Positions 1 to 11,600 of a stretch of 64,000 nucleotides of DNA are shown piece after piece. The stretch's first letter is position 1, and every line of letters starts with the position of its first letter. The stretch spans positions 2,240,001-2,304,000 of the forward strand of contig CH464491.1 in assembly GCA_000002445.1 (NCBI GenBank), read 5' to 3'. The position numbers and the translations under genes were made by a program. The notes beneath the pieces were generated by a model. That model had not been told where the DNA came from, searched no databases, and was given only the letters and a program-made list of their open reading frames with translations. This DNA comes from Trypanosoma brucei. Lineage: Eukaryota.

Positions 1-431
1 AGGGACCAGGTGCAGGTGATTGTGACAAATGGTTTGGACTTGGTCTGGGGAAACCCGTGCCGGTAGCCGAGATTGAACCGCTTAACATGCTGAGTCCTGT
101 GAAACCAAGGACTGTAGAGGTTCTCGATCACCATAGCCCCGTAAGAAAGCACTGCGTGAATCCTACCAAGCGCAGTAGTTGCGCAGCTAATGACCCCACT
201 GACGAGTGTGAGCCACACTCACGGCAGGGTAGCGTCTCCAACAACAAGCGGCGCACATTTAGTAAGAGGCCTCTCTTGTCCCAACAGCGGTCGCTGCCTA
301 ATATATCGTCAAGTTCAGTGGGGAAGGCCATTGTCGCAAGGTTCCCGGAGCCACAACGCTCCAGTATTGCGGAACCTCACTTAAAACTTCCTCGAGTCAA
401 TGAAGGACATTACAATGGCTCGAAGCGGTGA
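1..431 (+). CDS. 3' end of a gene that starts upstream of the window (hypothetical protein, C-terminal >=143 aa)
   Basis: The reading frame is open from position 3 with no upstream stop. The track's 'M' at 57 is a GTG, so the track start is an artefact. The stop is at 429-431. The product is Ser/Arg-rich and I recognise no motif. Confidence 0.35.
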   Translation, partial: GPGAGDCDKWFGLGLGKPVPVAEIEPLNMLSPVKPRTVEVLDHHSPVRKHCVNPTKRSSCAANDPTDECEPHSRQGSVSNNKRRTFSKRPLLSQQRSLPNISSSSVGKAIVARFPEPQRSSIAEPHLKLPRVNEGHYNGSKR

Positions 432-2593
432 CAAGAGTGGACTATACGGGCGGAAGGAGGCAACGACTTGAATGTTTTTGCTTGCTTTCTTCCACTCCCC
501 GTTTTTGTTTTTACCGGTCGGTATACCCATTGTTGTACCGGTGTTAAACTTTGCAGTGTCTTCTTATGACTGCAGAATCGAACGAAAAAGCGAAGCAATG
601 GAAGAAATAACTAAAGGAAAAGGGAACCCTGTTGTGATAAACATGAGCGCGCCTGTGGCGGAACACCGTTTCGTTTCCTCTTCATGGCTGGTTGACTTTT
701 CCGCTCCCCCCTCCGCCCATTTTTACCCCCTGATCGTGGACTCACCGAAAACAGGAAAGGAGAGTAAATCTCTTCCTCCTCTCTCAAATATGTTTATGTA
801 TATTTGTTGGTGTGCCGACTTCTGTTCTTATTTCGCTGTTGATTTCTTTCCTACGTAAGTAATATCTGATCTGTGCATGAGACAATAGCGTTTGATGGAT
901 TAAAGAGGCCACATTTTTTTTTTCGGTTTCGCAAGCCCACACATCTGATCCCAGCGCCTCTGTTCTTGAGGCACCTCCCCGCTGCATATATTCATTACAC
1001 GGGACAGTTGAACGCTACCTGGTTTGCGTGACATTTGTGATTTTAACGAAAATCTCCTCGTGTGCATTTCCATATTGTGCGGGGTGCGTGTGTGTGTTTG
1101 TGTGTTTGCTTCCCTTCTCGTGCAACCGTCGATTAAACTCGCATGATGGTTGTTAAAAGGAGGGAGCGAGAGAGAACGAAAGCAAGAAGTAGAAGTGGTT
1201 GCTTTTCTCTCGATCAACGCAACAGGACGGTCCTCTGCCTCTCCATAAAGCGGTACCCACTTGTTGTACCACATCCTTTATTTTTTTTTTTCCTTTCTCA
1301 AAGGGAAAGAACTCCAGCCTCCTACCTTTTTTTTTCTTTTTTCGCAACTGATATCCCTCTTTGGTGGATGCGGCCGTGCTAAAGCGATCCCCTCATTGGT
1401 TCGTTCTAGTGTGTATGCGCATACGAACGTGTATATGTCTCTTTTTTTTCCCCCTCTGCGTTTGCCATTTGTTCTGTTTGACTTCACCTCCATTACTCCA
1501 TCTATATTTTGGTTGAAATGCGTCCAACGATGGGTAAAAGAGGAGGGAAGGAAATGCTATTCTTTATGACAACCCCTATTTCTTCTTTTGGTGTTTCTGT
1601 TGTGTCATCTTTTTTTACCCCGTCCTACTTGCTCCACCCGGCAAGTCGGCAAGAAGTGTATGCGTTTTTGTGTGTTTGTGCTTAATGAGGCAGATCTGAT
1701 CTTTCTCTTCTACTTTGCCTTCACCTTTACTTTTGCTTTGTTTCGTTTTTGTTATTCTTGACTTTTATTCTTCCGTCTACACACCCCTCACACGTTGACA
1801 ATCGTCTTACCGCAAAATGTAGCCGGTAAAACAACAAGTAACATTTGTGTTACAGTCACTTTCCATTTTCTTTTCTTCCCGTTCTTTCATTTTTTCCTTT
1901 TTGTTGGCGTTTCTTTTTCTCCTTTACAAGCCCCTCCTTCTTCCCTGATTGGTGTTATATATTCACAAATATTGTTATTATTATTATCATCTTTTTAACC
2001 AATGTTTTTGTGGCTTCCCACTTCCATCATTGAGAAATTATATACCTTTAAGTTACTCGAAGCAGCTTCCTGTGTGGGATCTAGCGATGGTGAAAAGCCC
2101 AGAAGGGGGAAAAAGTGAAAGTAAGAAGAAAAGAGGAAAAAGCCGTATTTTAAAGGGTGTGACACAGGTATTCTTGACTTCCTGCTTCCATTTATTTAAG
2201 TGTTTGTGTCCCCAAAACTTCGGCTGGAAGGTGTTTGACAGTGGCGATACTTTCAGTCCATCCTCCCGATCTCACATATCGAAAGACATGTGGGGAAGGG
2301 GGGACTAATGATGAAAATGAAGGCGCTTGTCGAGACGTGGTCCAATGTGAAAACAGTCTGGTACACGTGACCCTGCTTCGCGTGGTTGTGTGCGTGACTC
2401 TGCTTCTTCTTTTTTTTCTTTTTTCTTTGTTTTACTCTTGCGTATTTGTTTTGTTCCGTACGTAACCAGCCCGTTACGCATCTACTATTGTAGAAAGAAA
2501 ATATAGTGTTAGGGACATTGAGGGGGAGTGAAACAGAAATTCTCTCTCCTTTTTATCCATACAATCGGGTACAACCCTCCGTCACCTTCCATT

Positions 2594-3442
2594 ATGTCAC
2601 ATTTGGGGGGTCACATCGATGCGTTGAGGGCTCGCTTTGGAAATGTTGAAATTGTCTGCCAGCGACCAGGAGAAACGTTACTTCAGGTGGAGCGTGAAGA
2701 ACTAACTCATGGATGCACTCTTACTCTATACGTTGCCCTTAGCGAAACATTCCCCAACTCGCCTCCAACGGTAGCCTACGCGGGAGGTCGAAAAGTGTCA
2801 ATTGCCCCTGAGGATCCTGCGGGAGTGGCCGCCATGTCGCAGGCGGTGTGGGTTCCCGGGAAGTCGCAGTTGGTGGATGCCGTGGGGAACGCTTTCAACA
2901 ACATTGCCAACTTGTGGGGGGATGTGGCACCACCATCATTGAAGGAAGTCGAAGGTGCGCTGGCGTCTAAATCGGACTCTGTGCTCGAGGACATTGCGTC
3001 AAACCCCAACTGTCTGGAGTCGTATTCGCATCAATTGTCATTTCTCAAAAAAGTTCGGGATGCGCGGTTGCGTGCCGCAGACGATGTTGAGAAGGCTTTG
3101 GAGGAGAATAGGAGGCTTCAAAAAGAGGTTATGAGAGTGAGGGGTGAGGTGGAAGAATTGCAACAACGCCTTGAGGCGCAGCTGGCAACTGTACAAGATG
3201 CGCGGAGGAGGATACCGTTGTTGGATGCCATAGGATCGCCAGAGGCTTTGGCAAAAACCTTTGCTGCTGACGTGAAGACCTTGGATACACAGTGTGAGAA
3301 AATAGCCAAGGATCTCCTCGCGGTGGATTATAGTAGTGATAAGCGTGATTTTGATACTCTAATCGAGGAGTACAAACAGAAGGCGAAGGAGCGCCACATC
3401 ATGGATTTAAAGCGCAGGGCCTATCATGCGTCGCTTGCATGA
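2594..3442 (+). CDS. hypothetical protein, 282 aa, with an N-terminal UEV/RWD-like motif and a central coiled coil
   Basis: The track ORF 2528..3442 begins at GTG, and the first in-frame ATG is 2594 (MSHLGG...). The N-terminus 'CTLTLYVALSETFPNSPPTVAY' resembles the UEV/UBC-like 'hhhhh..YP..PP' core. Residues ~150-230 are a heptad-rich coiled coil (RRLQKEVMRVRGEVEELQQRLEAQL). Confidence 0.55.
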   Translation: MSHLGGHIDALRARFGNVEIVCQRPGETLLQVEREELTHGCTLTLYVALSETFPNSPPTVAYAGGRKVSIAPEDPAGVAAMSQAVWVPGKSQLVDAVGNAFNNIANLWGDVAPPSLKEVEGALASKSDSVLEDIASNPNCLESYSHQLSFLKKVRDARLRAADDVEKALEENRRLQKEVMRVRGEVEELQQRLEAQLATVQDARRRIPLLDAIGSPEALAKTFAADVKTLDTQCEKIAKDLLAVDYSSDKRDFDTLIEEYKQKAKERHIMDLKRRAYHASLA

Positions 3443-3893
3443 AGGATTGGAAAGGCGGTAGTGTGACCGCAAATAGGTAATGCAATGGAGGTTCGAAAAC
3501 AGCCGCGAGGATGTCGGCGATGTAAGGTTTCGATTTAACATGCCACAATAAATTTTGCAATGCAACCGCCTGCGCACTTGTTCTTTCGCTCCTGCGCTTT
3601 TTTTTTGCTGCTTACTCACGGGGAGGCGGCGACGGTCGTTTGTTTCACTCTCGTGTGAATATACGTACGGATGCGTGTATTCGTTCGTGGTTAAGTTCTG
3701 TCGCTCGCTGTGCAACTTCTGTAAACCAGATGTGTTGTTGCCCCCGCTTAGTGATGCGGGAGCTGCAAACCCATTTGGTGTACGGTTACCTTATCCATGC
3801 ATTGTTCTTACCACCGGGGTTCCTTCTGGTAATACCAACGGAGGAAGTAATGCAGAAAGGGATAATATCAGTAGTGTAAACTCCGAAATTTTA

Positions 3894-3922
3894 TGTGTGT
3901 GTGTGTGTGTGTGTGTGTGTTG
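3894..3922. repeat. (TG)14 microsatellite
   Basis: An uninterrupted tgtgtg... run of 29 nt is seen directly. Confidence 0.9.
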
Positions 3923-4415
3923 GGGGTGGGATGTCGTTTTAGGGTGTGCCTTTTCTACAGCTCTGTGTCTGGAAAAGAAGTTCCCTCTTCCAACTGATCG
4001 CTTCGGGTTGCGACTTTGTCCTTTAGTTATTCAACTGACGAAGCTGTTATGTCGCTAAGCGTGTCCGACACGTAAGTTAGGCGACATTATTAGGTTATGA
4101 AGAGGTTAAACGAACAAACAGAAATAAGTACTGTTCTGTCTCGTTTTGGTGGTCAGAATATACTCTGCAGAGGGGCGTCACTTCTTCAACGAGGTGATTC
4201 GTTGTTTAGTTGCACACTGAAACAAGTCAAATTTGTATTTTATGTATTTCTGTTTACACAGCTCTACTTCTTGTCTTCTCACTATCCGTTGTTTTATACT
4301 TCTTTGCACTCAAGGACTGGTAGGGTAAAAACAGTGAAGGCAAATTAGTGCAAGATCTTATTTATTTTAGGGGTGCACGCACGTACATATACATACTCGT
4401 GTCATTCAAGAGATT

Positions 4416-4619
4416 ATGTCATCAGTAGGAAGTAACCGTAATTCCTCATCCCGTGAAGACAATAGTACGTGCATGAAGTGCCATAAGGAGCGCATCACAT
4501 ACTGCACGAATAGTTGTGGCCATGCTCTTTTCTGTGGAAAGTGTGCTATGAAAGTTGCCACAGGGGGTAAGTGCAAGCTGTGCGGCACACTCTATTCAGG
4601 CGTGAAGCGCATTAGCTAG
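4416..4619 (+). CDS. small (67 aa) RING-HC (C3HC4) zinc-finger protein, IAP/MGRN1-type RING
   Basis: The start is ATG at 4416. Spacing C19-x2-C22-x11-C34-x-H36-x3-C40-x2-C43-x9-C53-x2-C56 fits a RING-HC. 'CGHALFCGKCAMKVATGGKCKLCG' matches the C-terminal RING of IAP-like E3 ligases. Confidence 0.45.
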   Translation: MSSVGSNRNSSSREDNSTCMKCHKERITYCTNSCGHALFCGKCAMKVATGGKCKLCGTLYSGVKRIS

Positions 4620-5215
4620 TTGTTGTGATCTTTTTTTGTTGTTTCCGTTACCAAAATATGGGTGAAGTGCGGGGGCTTTGGAAATGTGCTGGTGGTTTGA
4701 ACCCCGTCATGTTTGCTCTCTCCGCCCCTTTTACCGGGACGTTGGCCCTCCAGGGGTATTTCAGTCGTATTCACTCACATCTACACGATTGGTGTTATTT
4801 GTGGGTGATGTGTTTCGACTAATGTACAAAAAGAAACATTCAGCAGTTCTTTCCGTGGGTTACCGATGCCGCTGCCGATTCTCCCACCCCGCTCTCGATG
4901 CGATTTGCAGAAAGGCAGTCAAAACATGTCCAATGTTTTCCTTTACGTCGTGGGCACAGTTAAATAAGTTTATATTTGTGCCCTCGTTTCTGCTACTCCA
5001 CCCTCCCCGTTGTTTATGGATTGTTGTTGTTTTTTTGTGTGTGGGTGGGTGAAAACGTCTCCAGTATGTTATAAGAATACAGTGGTATTGAAGTCGGTTT
5101 TTTACTTATTTCGTGGATGCTACACTACTGCTACCGAAGTGTGCCTTTTGTCAAGAAAAATGATGGCTTTTGACCCATTATTTGTTTCCTCTTTTCCAAA
5201 ACTCAAGTGCCAGAA

Positions 5216-5258
5216 ACTTCTTCTTCACTTTTCTTTCTTTCTCTCTCTCTTTGTCATT
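5216..5258 (+). promoter_or_regulatory. polypyrimidine tract, candidate trans-splice acceptor region for RAD51
   Basis: An uninterrupted C/T run (cttcttcttcacttttctttctttctctctctctttgtc) lies ~180 nt upstream of the RAD51 ATG and is followed by AG dinucleotides. Confidence 0.4.
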
Positions 5259-5436
5259 GAGCTGCTCTGCTGCTGTCTCATTGTTTCCTTTGTACCTTCA
5301 CGTTCAGCATTAGAAGTTCGGTGAGTCGTGGGGAATTCTTTGAGAGGTGGTGCGCGCTTTAAAGAGAAACCAGCAACAACACCGAAAGGGCTTCTCCAGA
5401 TTCCCCGTGAAGGTTTCTTAACGCGTATACCAGGGG

Positions 5437-6558
5437 ATGAACACTCGCACCAAAAATAAGAAACGCACTAAAGAGGTGATAGAAGATGAAGTTCACGACA
5501 TCGATGATACCGCGTTCGATGATGCCGCAGTGGATGCGGTCAACGACAACACGCAAGAGATGCAGCAGCAAGTTGGTGACGCTGCCGGTGGGCCTTCCTT
5601 TCGTGTCCTTCAGATAATGGAAAACTATGGAGTTGCTTCTGCTGATATCAAAAAGTTGATGGAGTGTGGCTTTCTCACCGTTGAGTCTGTCGCGTATGCA
5701 CCGAAGAAATCAATTTTAGCAGTGAAGGGCATAAGTGAGGCAAAGGCTGAGAAGATAATGGCGGAGTGTTGTAGACTCACTCCGATGGGCTTCACGCGCG
5801 CTACGGTTTTCCAAGAGCAACGGAAAGAAACTATTATGGTCACGACAGGCAGCCGTGAGGTGGACAAACTCCTTGGAGGTGGCATTGAAGTTGGTAGCAT
5901 CACGGAACTTTTCGGTGAGTTTCGCACAGGGAAGACGCAGCTCTGCCATACCCTTTGTGTTACATGCCAACTTCCACTTTCGCAAGGTGGTGGTGAGGGA
6001 ATGGCGCTTTATATTGACACTGAGGGAACATTCCGTCCTGAGCGCTTGGTAGCTGTGGCGGAACGGTACAGCCTGGACCCAGAGGCCGTTCTTGAAAATG
6101 TGGCTTGCGCTCGTGCTTACAACACGGACCATCAGCAGCAGTTGTTATTGCAAGCGTCCGCCACTATGGCTGAGCACCGTGTCGCAATAATCGTTGTTGA
6201 TTCCGCCACAGCTCTTTACCGTACTGATTACAATGGACGGGGTGAGTTGGCAGCACGGCAGATGCATCTTGGAAAGTTCCTCCGCTCTTTGCGCAATCTT
6301 GCTAATGAGTACAACGTGGCCGTCGTTGTTACCAATCAGGTTGTTGCCAATGTGGATGGTGCTGCCCCCACATTCCAAGCGGATTCTAAGAAACCCATTG
6401 GGGGCCACATCATGGCACATGCCTCCACTACACGGTTGAGCTTACGGAAGGGAAGGGGAGAACAGCGTATTATTAAGGTGTATGACTCACCTTGTCTCGC
6501 TGAAAGTGAGGCCATCTTCGGCATCTATGAGAACGGTGTGGGAGACGTTAGGGACTAG
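5437..6558 (+). CDS. RAD51: RAD51 recombinase (RecA/Rad51 family), 373 aa
   Basis: The start is ATG at 5437. An N-terminal HhH region is present ([13 protein letters not shown]). Walker A is '[14 protein letters not shown]' and Walker B is '[14 protein letters not shown]'. 'NQVVANVDG...[24 protein letters not shown]' is typical of eukaryotic Rad51/Dmc1. An N-terminal acidic/Gln-rich extension is present. Confidence 0.9.
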   Translation: MNTRTKNKKRTKEVIEDEVHDIDDTAFDDAAVDAVNDNTQEMQQQVGDAAGGPSFRVLQIMENYGVASADIKKLMECGFLTVESVAYAPKKSILAVKGISEAKAEKIMAECCRLTPMGFTRATVFQEQRKETIMVTTGSREVDKLLGGGIEVGSITELFGEFRTGKTQLCHTLCVTCQLPLSQGGGEGMALYIDTEGTFRPERLVAVAERYSLDPEAVLENVACARAYNTDHQQQLLLQASATMAEHRVAIIVVDSATALYRTDYNGRGELAARQMHLGKFLRSLRNLANEYNVAVVVTNQVVANVDGAAPTFQADSKKPIGGHIMAHASTTRLSLRKGRGEQRIIKVYDSPCLAESEAIFGIYENGVGDVRD

Positions 6559-7637
6559 TGCCCCATCTTTTTTTTCCTCGTCATTTGTAGAAAAACATTC
6601 ACTCCGAAAGCGGAGAAGTGCATGCTGCAGTTCGAAGGCTTCGGTTTTGTCGTGTTTATGGTACACGTTATTCTGTCCTCCTTCCGGGCAGCAGGTCACT
6701 TTTCGATTTGCCTACGACTTCACTCTTTTTTTTTTCTCTTTCCTCCTGTTTAGTGCATCGGTGAGATTGACACCCGTATACCCGTTTCTGTGATTGTATG
6801 TCTGTCTGTGTGTGCGCATTTGAGTGTTGGCGGACCCTCCGTCTGTTCCGCTCTTTAGTGTTTCCCTGGCGGATCATCCCCGCTGTCGCTCCCCTTCCCT
6901 TCCCGATTTTTTTTAAAAAGAAAAACTTTCTCTTCTGATACTTGATCTGCCTTGCTCGGTTACAAACTGTTGCGCTGTACCGCGAGTTGGGAAGGTGGGG
7001 ATTAACGAATGTGGCGGCGAGGATTGCGAAGGCAATTGTAGGTAACTTAGAAAATGAAGCAAACAAACAACAAGAACGAGAATCACAGAAGTTTTTTTTT
7101 TGGTTGAGGGAGTTGCACAACGACGAAGCACAAAGAAAGACAGCAAAAAAAAAAAGGAAACAAACGAAAATAACAGTTCGAAGTGCTCTAGAAAAAGTGT
7201 GGGGGACAAAGGTGTGCGCTGTAGTTTGTTTCGGTTTCTTCCGTGCATTATACTCTTGCGACGGTGAAGTCAAGATTTATGGAAATGGGAGCGAAAATGG
7301 GTAGTAGTCTAATTCCATTGTTTTATATGATATTCCACTTCCATGTCCTGTGCGAACCGTCTTTCACTTTTGTATTGACGCTCAGCCTAAATCATAAACA
7401 CACGGACACACACAAAAAAAATACACATGTTTTTTTTTGTTACACTGACGTTTGCTTTGTTTTGTAGTAGTATTTTGTTGTCATCCTTGCTACTTTTTCT
7501 TTTTTCACTTTTCCCCATCTTTCCTATTTAAAAAAAAAATTTCACAACGCTCTCACCTCACTGACACACTAACTACGAACTTGAAGCTTAGGAGGCAACA
7601 CACACTTTAAAAGAACACCAGCAGCTCTACAAAAAAG

Positions 7638-7973
7638 ATGACGACGAAGCGCCGCAATCATGGTCGTGCCAAGCCTCCCTGCAGCCGTGGTCGTGTCCGG
7701 CCTGTGCACTGCTTTAACTGCAGCCGTCTCGTTCCCAAGGACAAATCTGTTGGCCGCTTTGTGGTCCGCCGTATGCTCGATCAGGCTTCCGCCCGTGACG
7801 TGGCTGAGGCATCCCTCATCTACGGTTCTGGTTTCCCTATGCCAAAGCTCTACATGAAGCAGCGCTACTGCATTGCCTGCGCTATTCACAGTCGAACTGT
7901 ACGCGCCCGCCCTGTGGAGGATCGCAAACGTCGCTACACGTCCAAGGTGCCCTTCCGTCCAACTGGCAAGTAA
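7638..7973 (+). CDS. RPS26: 40S ribosomal protein S26 (eS26), 111 aa
   Basis: The start is ATG at 7638. 'MTTKRRNHGRAKPPCSRGRVRPVHCFNCSRLVPKDK...YCIACAIHSRTVRAR' is near-collinear with eukaryotic eS26, including the CxxC...CxxC zinc-ribbon. Confidence 0.93.
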   Translation: MTTKRRNHGRAKPPCSRGRVRPVHCFNCSRLVPKDKSVGRFVVRRMLDQASARDVAEASLIYGSGFPMPKLYMKQRYCIACAIHSRTVRARPVEDRKRRYTSKVPFRPTGK

Positions 7974-8313
7974 TAACTCCACCCGCCACTGCGTGGCTGA
8001 AGGAGTAACCGGGGAGCATATAATAATAGTCGTGCTGGATGTGTGAAGTCGCTGAGCAAATCGCAGTCTGTTTACCTCTTTTGTGTTCTATATCTTAGAC
8101 ATCAGACATGTGATCTTGCATTGTACTAGCGCATTGCCTCCTTGCCGCAAATATGTTTTTATTTTTATTTTATTTGTTTATTTATTTCCTGACACTCCCC
8201 GTGTCTCGATATCTATAAATGTTCCCACGAAGCTAAAGAACAGTGGTGAAAGGAAAAAAGGACCGGAAGCACTGGAGCTTCGTGGTTTGGTCCTATTTCA
8301 TCACCCCCCCCCC

Positions 8314-8332
8314 AAAAAAAAATTAGAACACC
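8314..8332 (+). repeat. C10A9 homopolymer junction
   Basis: tcaccccccccccaaaaaaaaattag seen directly. Analogous C11A9 lies at 20564-20583 and C8A9 at 46889-46905. Confidence 0.85.
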
Positions 8333-8371
8333 ACTGTATGTCTTTGTAGAGCTGGGCGAAAAGTCACTACT

Positions 8372-8430
8372 ATTTACCTTTTCTCTCCTTTTGTTCTTAC
8401 TTTCATTTGCTTTGTTCCGTTTCCTCTCCG
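8372..8430 (+). promoter_or_regulatory. polypyrimidine tract, candidate trans-splice acceptor region for RAD50
   Basis: A C/T-rich run (ctatttaccttttctctccttttgttcttactttcatttgctttgttccgtttcctctcc) lies ~270 nt upstream of the RAD50 ATG. Confidence 0.4.
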
Positions 8431-8697
8431 AATGCTGCGCTCTTGTTGTGGCCGGATCCACTTTCATTGAATTTTGGAAGCGTGTTTCGGGAGAGGAAAG
8501 TAGGGGATAGGTGAACAAGTACGTATATAAAACACACGTAAGTTAACTTATATATACCTGCTTGTGTTTGTTTATTGTTGTACACTGGTTGTTCACTAAC
8601 GTTCGAACCTTGACGACGGTGTGTATCTGCATCACTTCAAAGGCTAACGACACGAACGAAAACACATACGTGTAGCGGCTGAACATACACCCTTTCA

Positions 8698-11600
8698 ATG
8701 ACGAGTATCGAACAGATTGAAATCAGCGGAGTGCGCAGCTTCGACCCTAATCCAAATAACCGTCAGCGCATTGTCTTTAAGAAGCCACTCACTGTTATTC
8801 TCGGAAAGAATGGTGCTGGAAAGACAACTATTATTGAGGCACTTCTGAACGCCTGCACGGGTCAAATGCCTCCTGGTGGTGGAACAGAAAAGAGTTCGTT
8901 TGTGTACGACCCAAAGGTTGTGGGTGAGAATGATGTGAAGGCTCAGATCCGCCTTCTTTTCACGGGAAGGGGTGGGAAAGTTATGCAGGTTATTCGCTCG
9001 TTTCAGGCTACACGGACGCGGAATAAAACCACCTTCGCGACGCTCGATAACATTGTCGCCTTCCAAGATTCTGCGACGGGGAAAATCATATCCAGCACAT
9101 ATCGCGCCAATGACGTGGACCGCGCGATTCCAGACATGCTTGGTGTATCTCCTGCGGTATTGGAGCACGTCATATTCTGCCACCAGGAGGATGGAAATTG
9201 GCCCCTCTCCCCCCCGAAGGAAGTGAAGAAGATATTTGACGATATATTTGCAGCCACGCGTTATGTTCTTGCCCTCGACCGTTTGCGGGAGAATAATAAG
9301 GAACTGCGCCGCCAGCAGAAGGAACATGAGGCGAGCTTAATGTCATTGTCAGAGCACAGAGAGCAGGCACGCCAAATATCGGCGGATATTACAGTTAAGG
9401 AGGAGACTGTCGCAGGTATTAAAGCAAAAACGGATGCGCTGGCACCCCAATTGCAGGAACTGCAAGCCATCGCTACTGCTCTAGATAACGTGGAGCATCG
9501 TGCTGAAGGTTTATCTCGAGAAGCAGCTGTCATTGAAGGTCGAATAGGCGAAAAGAGGGAGTCTCTCAGCCGGTTAAACGTTTCCCCGCCCGGATACTCA
9601 CTGGGGGAGTTACTGCAACGCAGGCAGAACTTCGGTGAAAAGTTGAGGGAACTGGAATCCACTGTTTCGACAAAGAAGGAGCTTATGGAACGGGCGGTGG
9701 CGGAGCTTCGCCGTTGTGAAGAAAGTGTTGTGAGCCTCCGCTCCGGTATTGAGTTTCGTGAGAAACAGGAACAGCAGCACAAGAGGGAATGCGAGGAACT
9801 CAAGGTAATAATGAGTGATTTGTCTATGAAATTTGTCATCGATGGGGAGATCAATGAGCATTGTTTGACAAAGATAACGGAATATGTTAATGAGGAACTT
9901 CACAACGAAGAGCAAAAGCGAAGTGGAGAGCTAAATTCCATAGATGCAGGAATTCGTGCTGTAGAGGATAGAAGGTCCACAACACTTCGTGCGATGGACA
10001 CCGAAGGTAAGGAGAAGGAAATGAAAGAGGAGCAGCTCCGTCATCTGATGAAGAGATGTGGCGACGCAAAGGAGGCACTCGGTAAGTTGGCTCCGTACGT
10101 TACCCCTACACGTCTGAAGAATGTGCAGGACACGATTACCGAGTTGGAAAAACGTGTTGAGGCAATGGAGCTGCTGCAAAAGGGTGACGCGAGGTACAGG
10201 CAGCGACAGGACATCTTACAGAGTGTTGAGGCACAAAATAAGGTTGTCGCTCAGTTGCGACAAGAACTGTCCCGACACAAGCAGCGCTCAGGTCGTGAGG
10301 CAGAGATGAATCTCCTTCGTACCCAGATTGCGGAAAAGGAGGAAATTATCAACAACCGACTGCAGGAAGAGCTAATTGCAGGACTCAATGACCTTGGCTG
10401 CAATACAGGCGGATCGCAGACCCTCACAACTGTAACGATGCAAATCGACAAACTGAGGCGCAAGATGGCAGACACGCTTTATAGCGTCGAAGCAGAGGCC
10501 AATGACCTTGATCGCCAGTTGATTGCACTGAAACAGAACCGGTCGCAGTTGGAGGGGAAAATTGTCAGCGAGAATATAGAGCTACAGAGGAAGAGGGTTC
10601 AATGTATCAGCAAACTTGGAAATGATGATGCCCTAACTAACTTTGAGGCGCTTCTAGTGGAGGCGCGTGACAGATATCACAAATTGAATGAGAAGCTTAG
10701 TGGATCTAAAGCATTGGCCGCATGTCACGCCCACTTTGTGGAGCAGGCTAAGGTTGAGGACAAGTGCCCACTCTGTGGTCGTGCTTTTGGCAGTGAGAAT
10801 GAGTTGAATGACTTCTTGGCATCCTTTAAGGTGGGTCAACAAACCTCTGGGAAGGATAGCATAAAAGAGGGTGACGTTGAGAAGGCTCTGCAACGCGTGC
10901 GCGGACTCGAGCAGTTGGAGTCTGATGTAATGGACGTGAGGCGGCTTGCCGATAATGCACCACAACTGGAGGAGTCACTTAAATCTACGATTAAGCAGAT
11001 TCGAGACAAAGAAATTCTCCTGGAGGATGTGCACAACAAACGAGACAAAGTGAAGGACGAAATGCAGCGTGCGCAAAAACTGGTTCAGGCTGCGATGGAG
11101 GTGAATGCCATGACATCTGAGAAGCAGGCACTACTGCAGCAGCTTAACAGACGAGAGGCAGCATGTGCAGAGGCGAGCACATCTTCCGCTAACATTGGGG
11201 GTGCAGGGGAGCCTTGCTGTGCGGGTGAATTAGCGTCACTTTCGTACGAGGAGCTGTCGGACAAGTACGAGTCCGCAAATGCTGAACTTCACCGGTTGAA
11301 TGTGCTTCTAAGTGAAATGCAGAGAGGGGAAGAGGGAGGCTCTGCCCAAGCACTTGTCAAGGAGCTTACAATGAAGCGGTCGGAACTCTGTGAATTGAAA
11401 ATGAAGCTTACTCGTCAAGCCGAGGTTGAGGCAACGATTGCTCAATATGCGGAGCAGGAGGAAGGTTACGTCAGCCGTATTGCTGAAATAGACGACCAAC
11501 GGGAAAAACTGGTGGCCCAACTTGAATCTTACAATAAGGAGTTGGAAGCACTGCATGCAAAGCGGAAGGAGCTTGAGTTGGCGTCTCAACAGGGATACAT

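Noticed and set aside
472-858. 128-aa ORF and several 60-120-aa ORFs in the 2.1-kb region between the first partial gene and 2594
   Set aside because: They are low-complexity, pyrimidine-driven and overlap one another in different frames, so they more likely fall in UTR/spacer sequence. An unannotated small gene cannot be excluded without expression data.
3555-4058. 167-aa ORF spanning the (TG)14 microsatellite
   Set aside because: It contains the microsatellite translated as (CV)n, which is a hallmark of a non-coding spacer ORF.
6668-7273. 201-aa minus-strand ORF between RAD51 and RPS26
   Set aside because: It lies antisense to the A/G-rich side of a polypyrimidine spacer, so its composition is Lys/Arg/Glu low-complexity. 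Its direction conflicts with the transcription unit.
8598-8612. tRNA T-loop-like 'cgttcgaacc' upstream of RAD50
   Set aside because: No complementary T-stem, acceptor stem or anticodon arm can be drawn, so it is a chance match.
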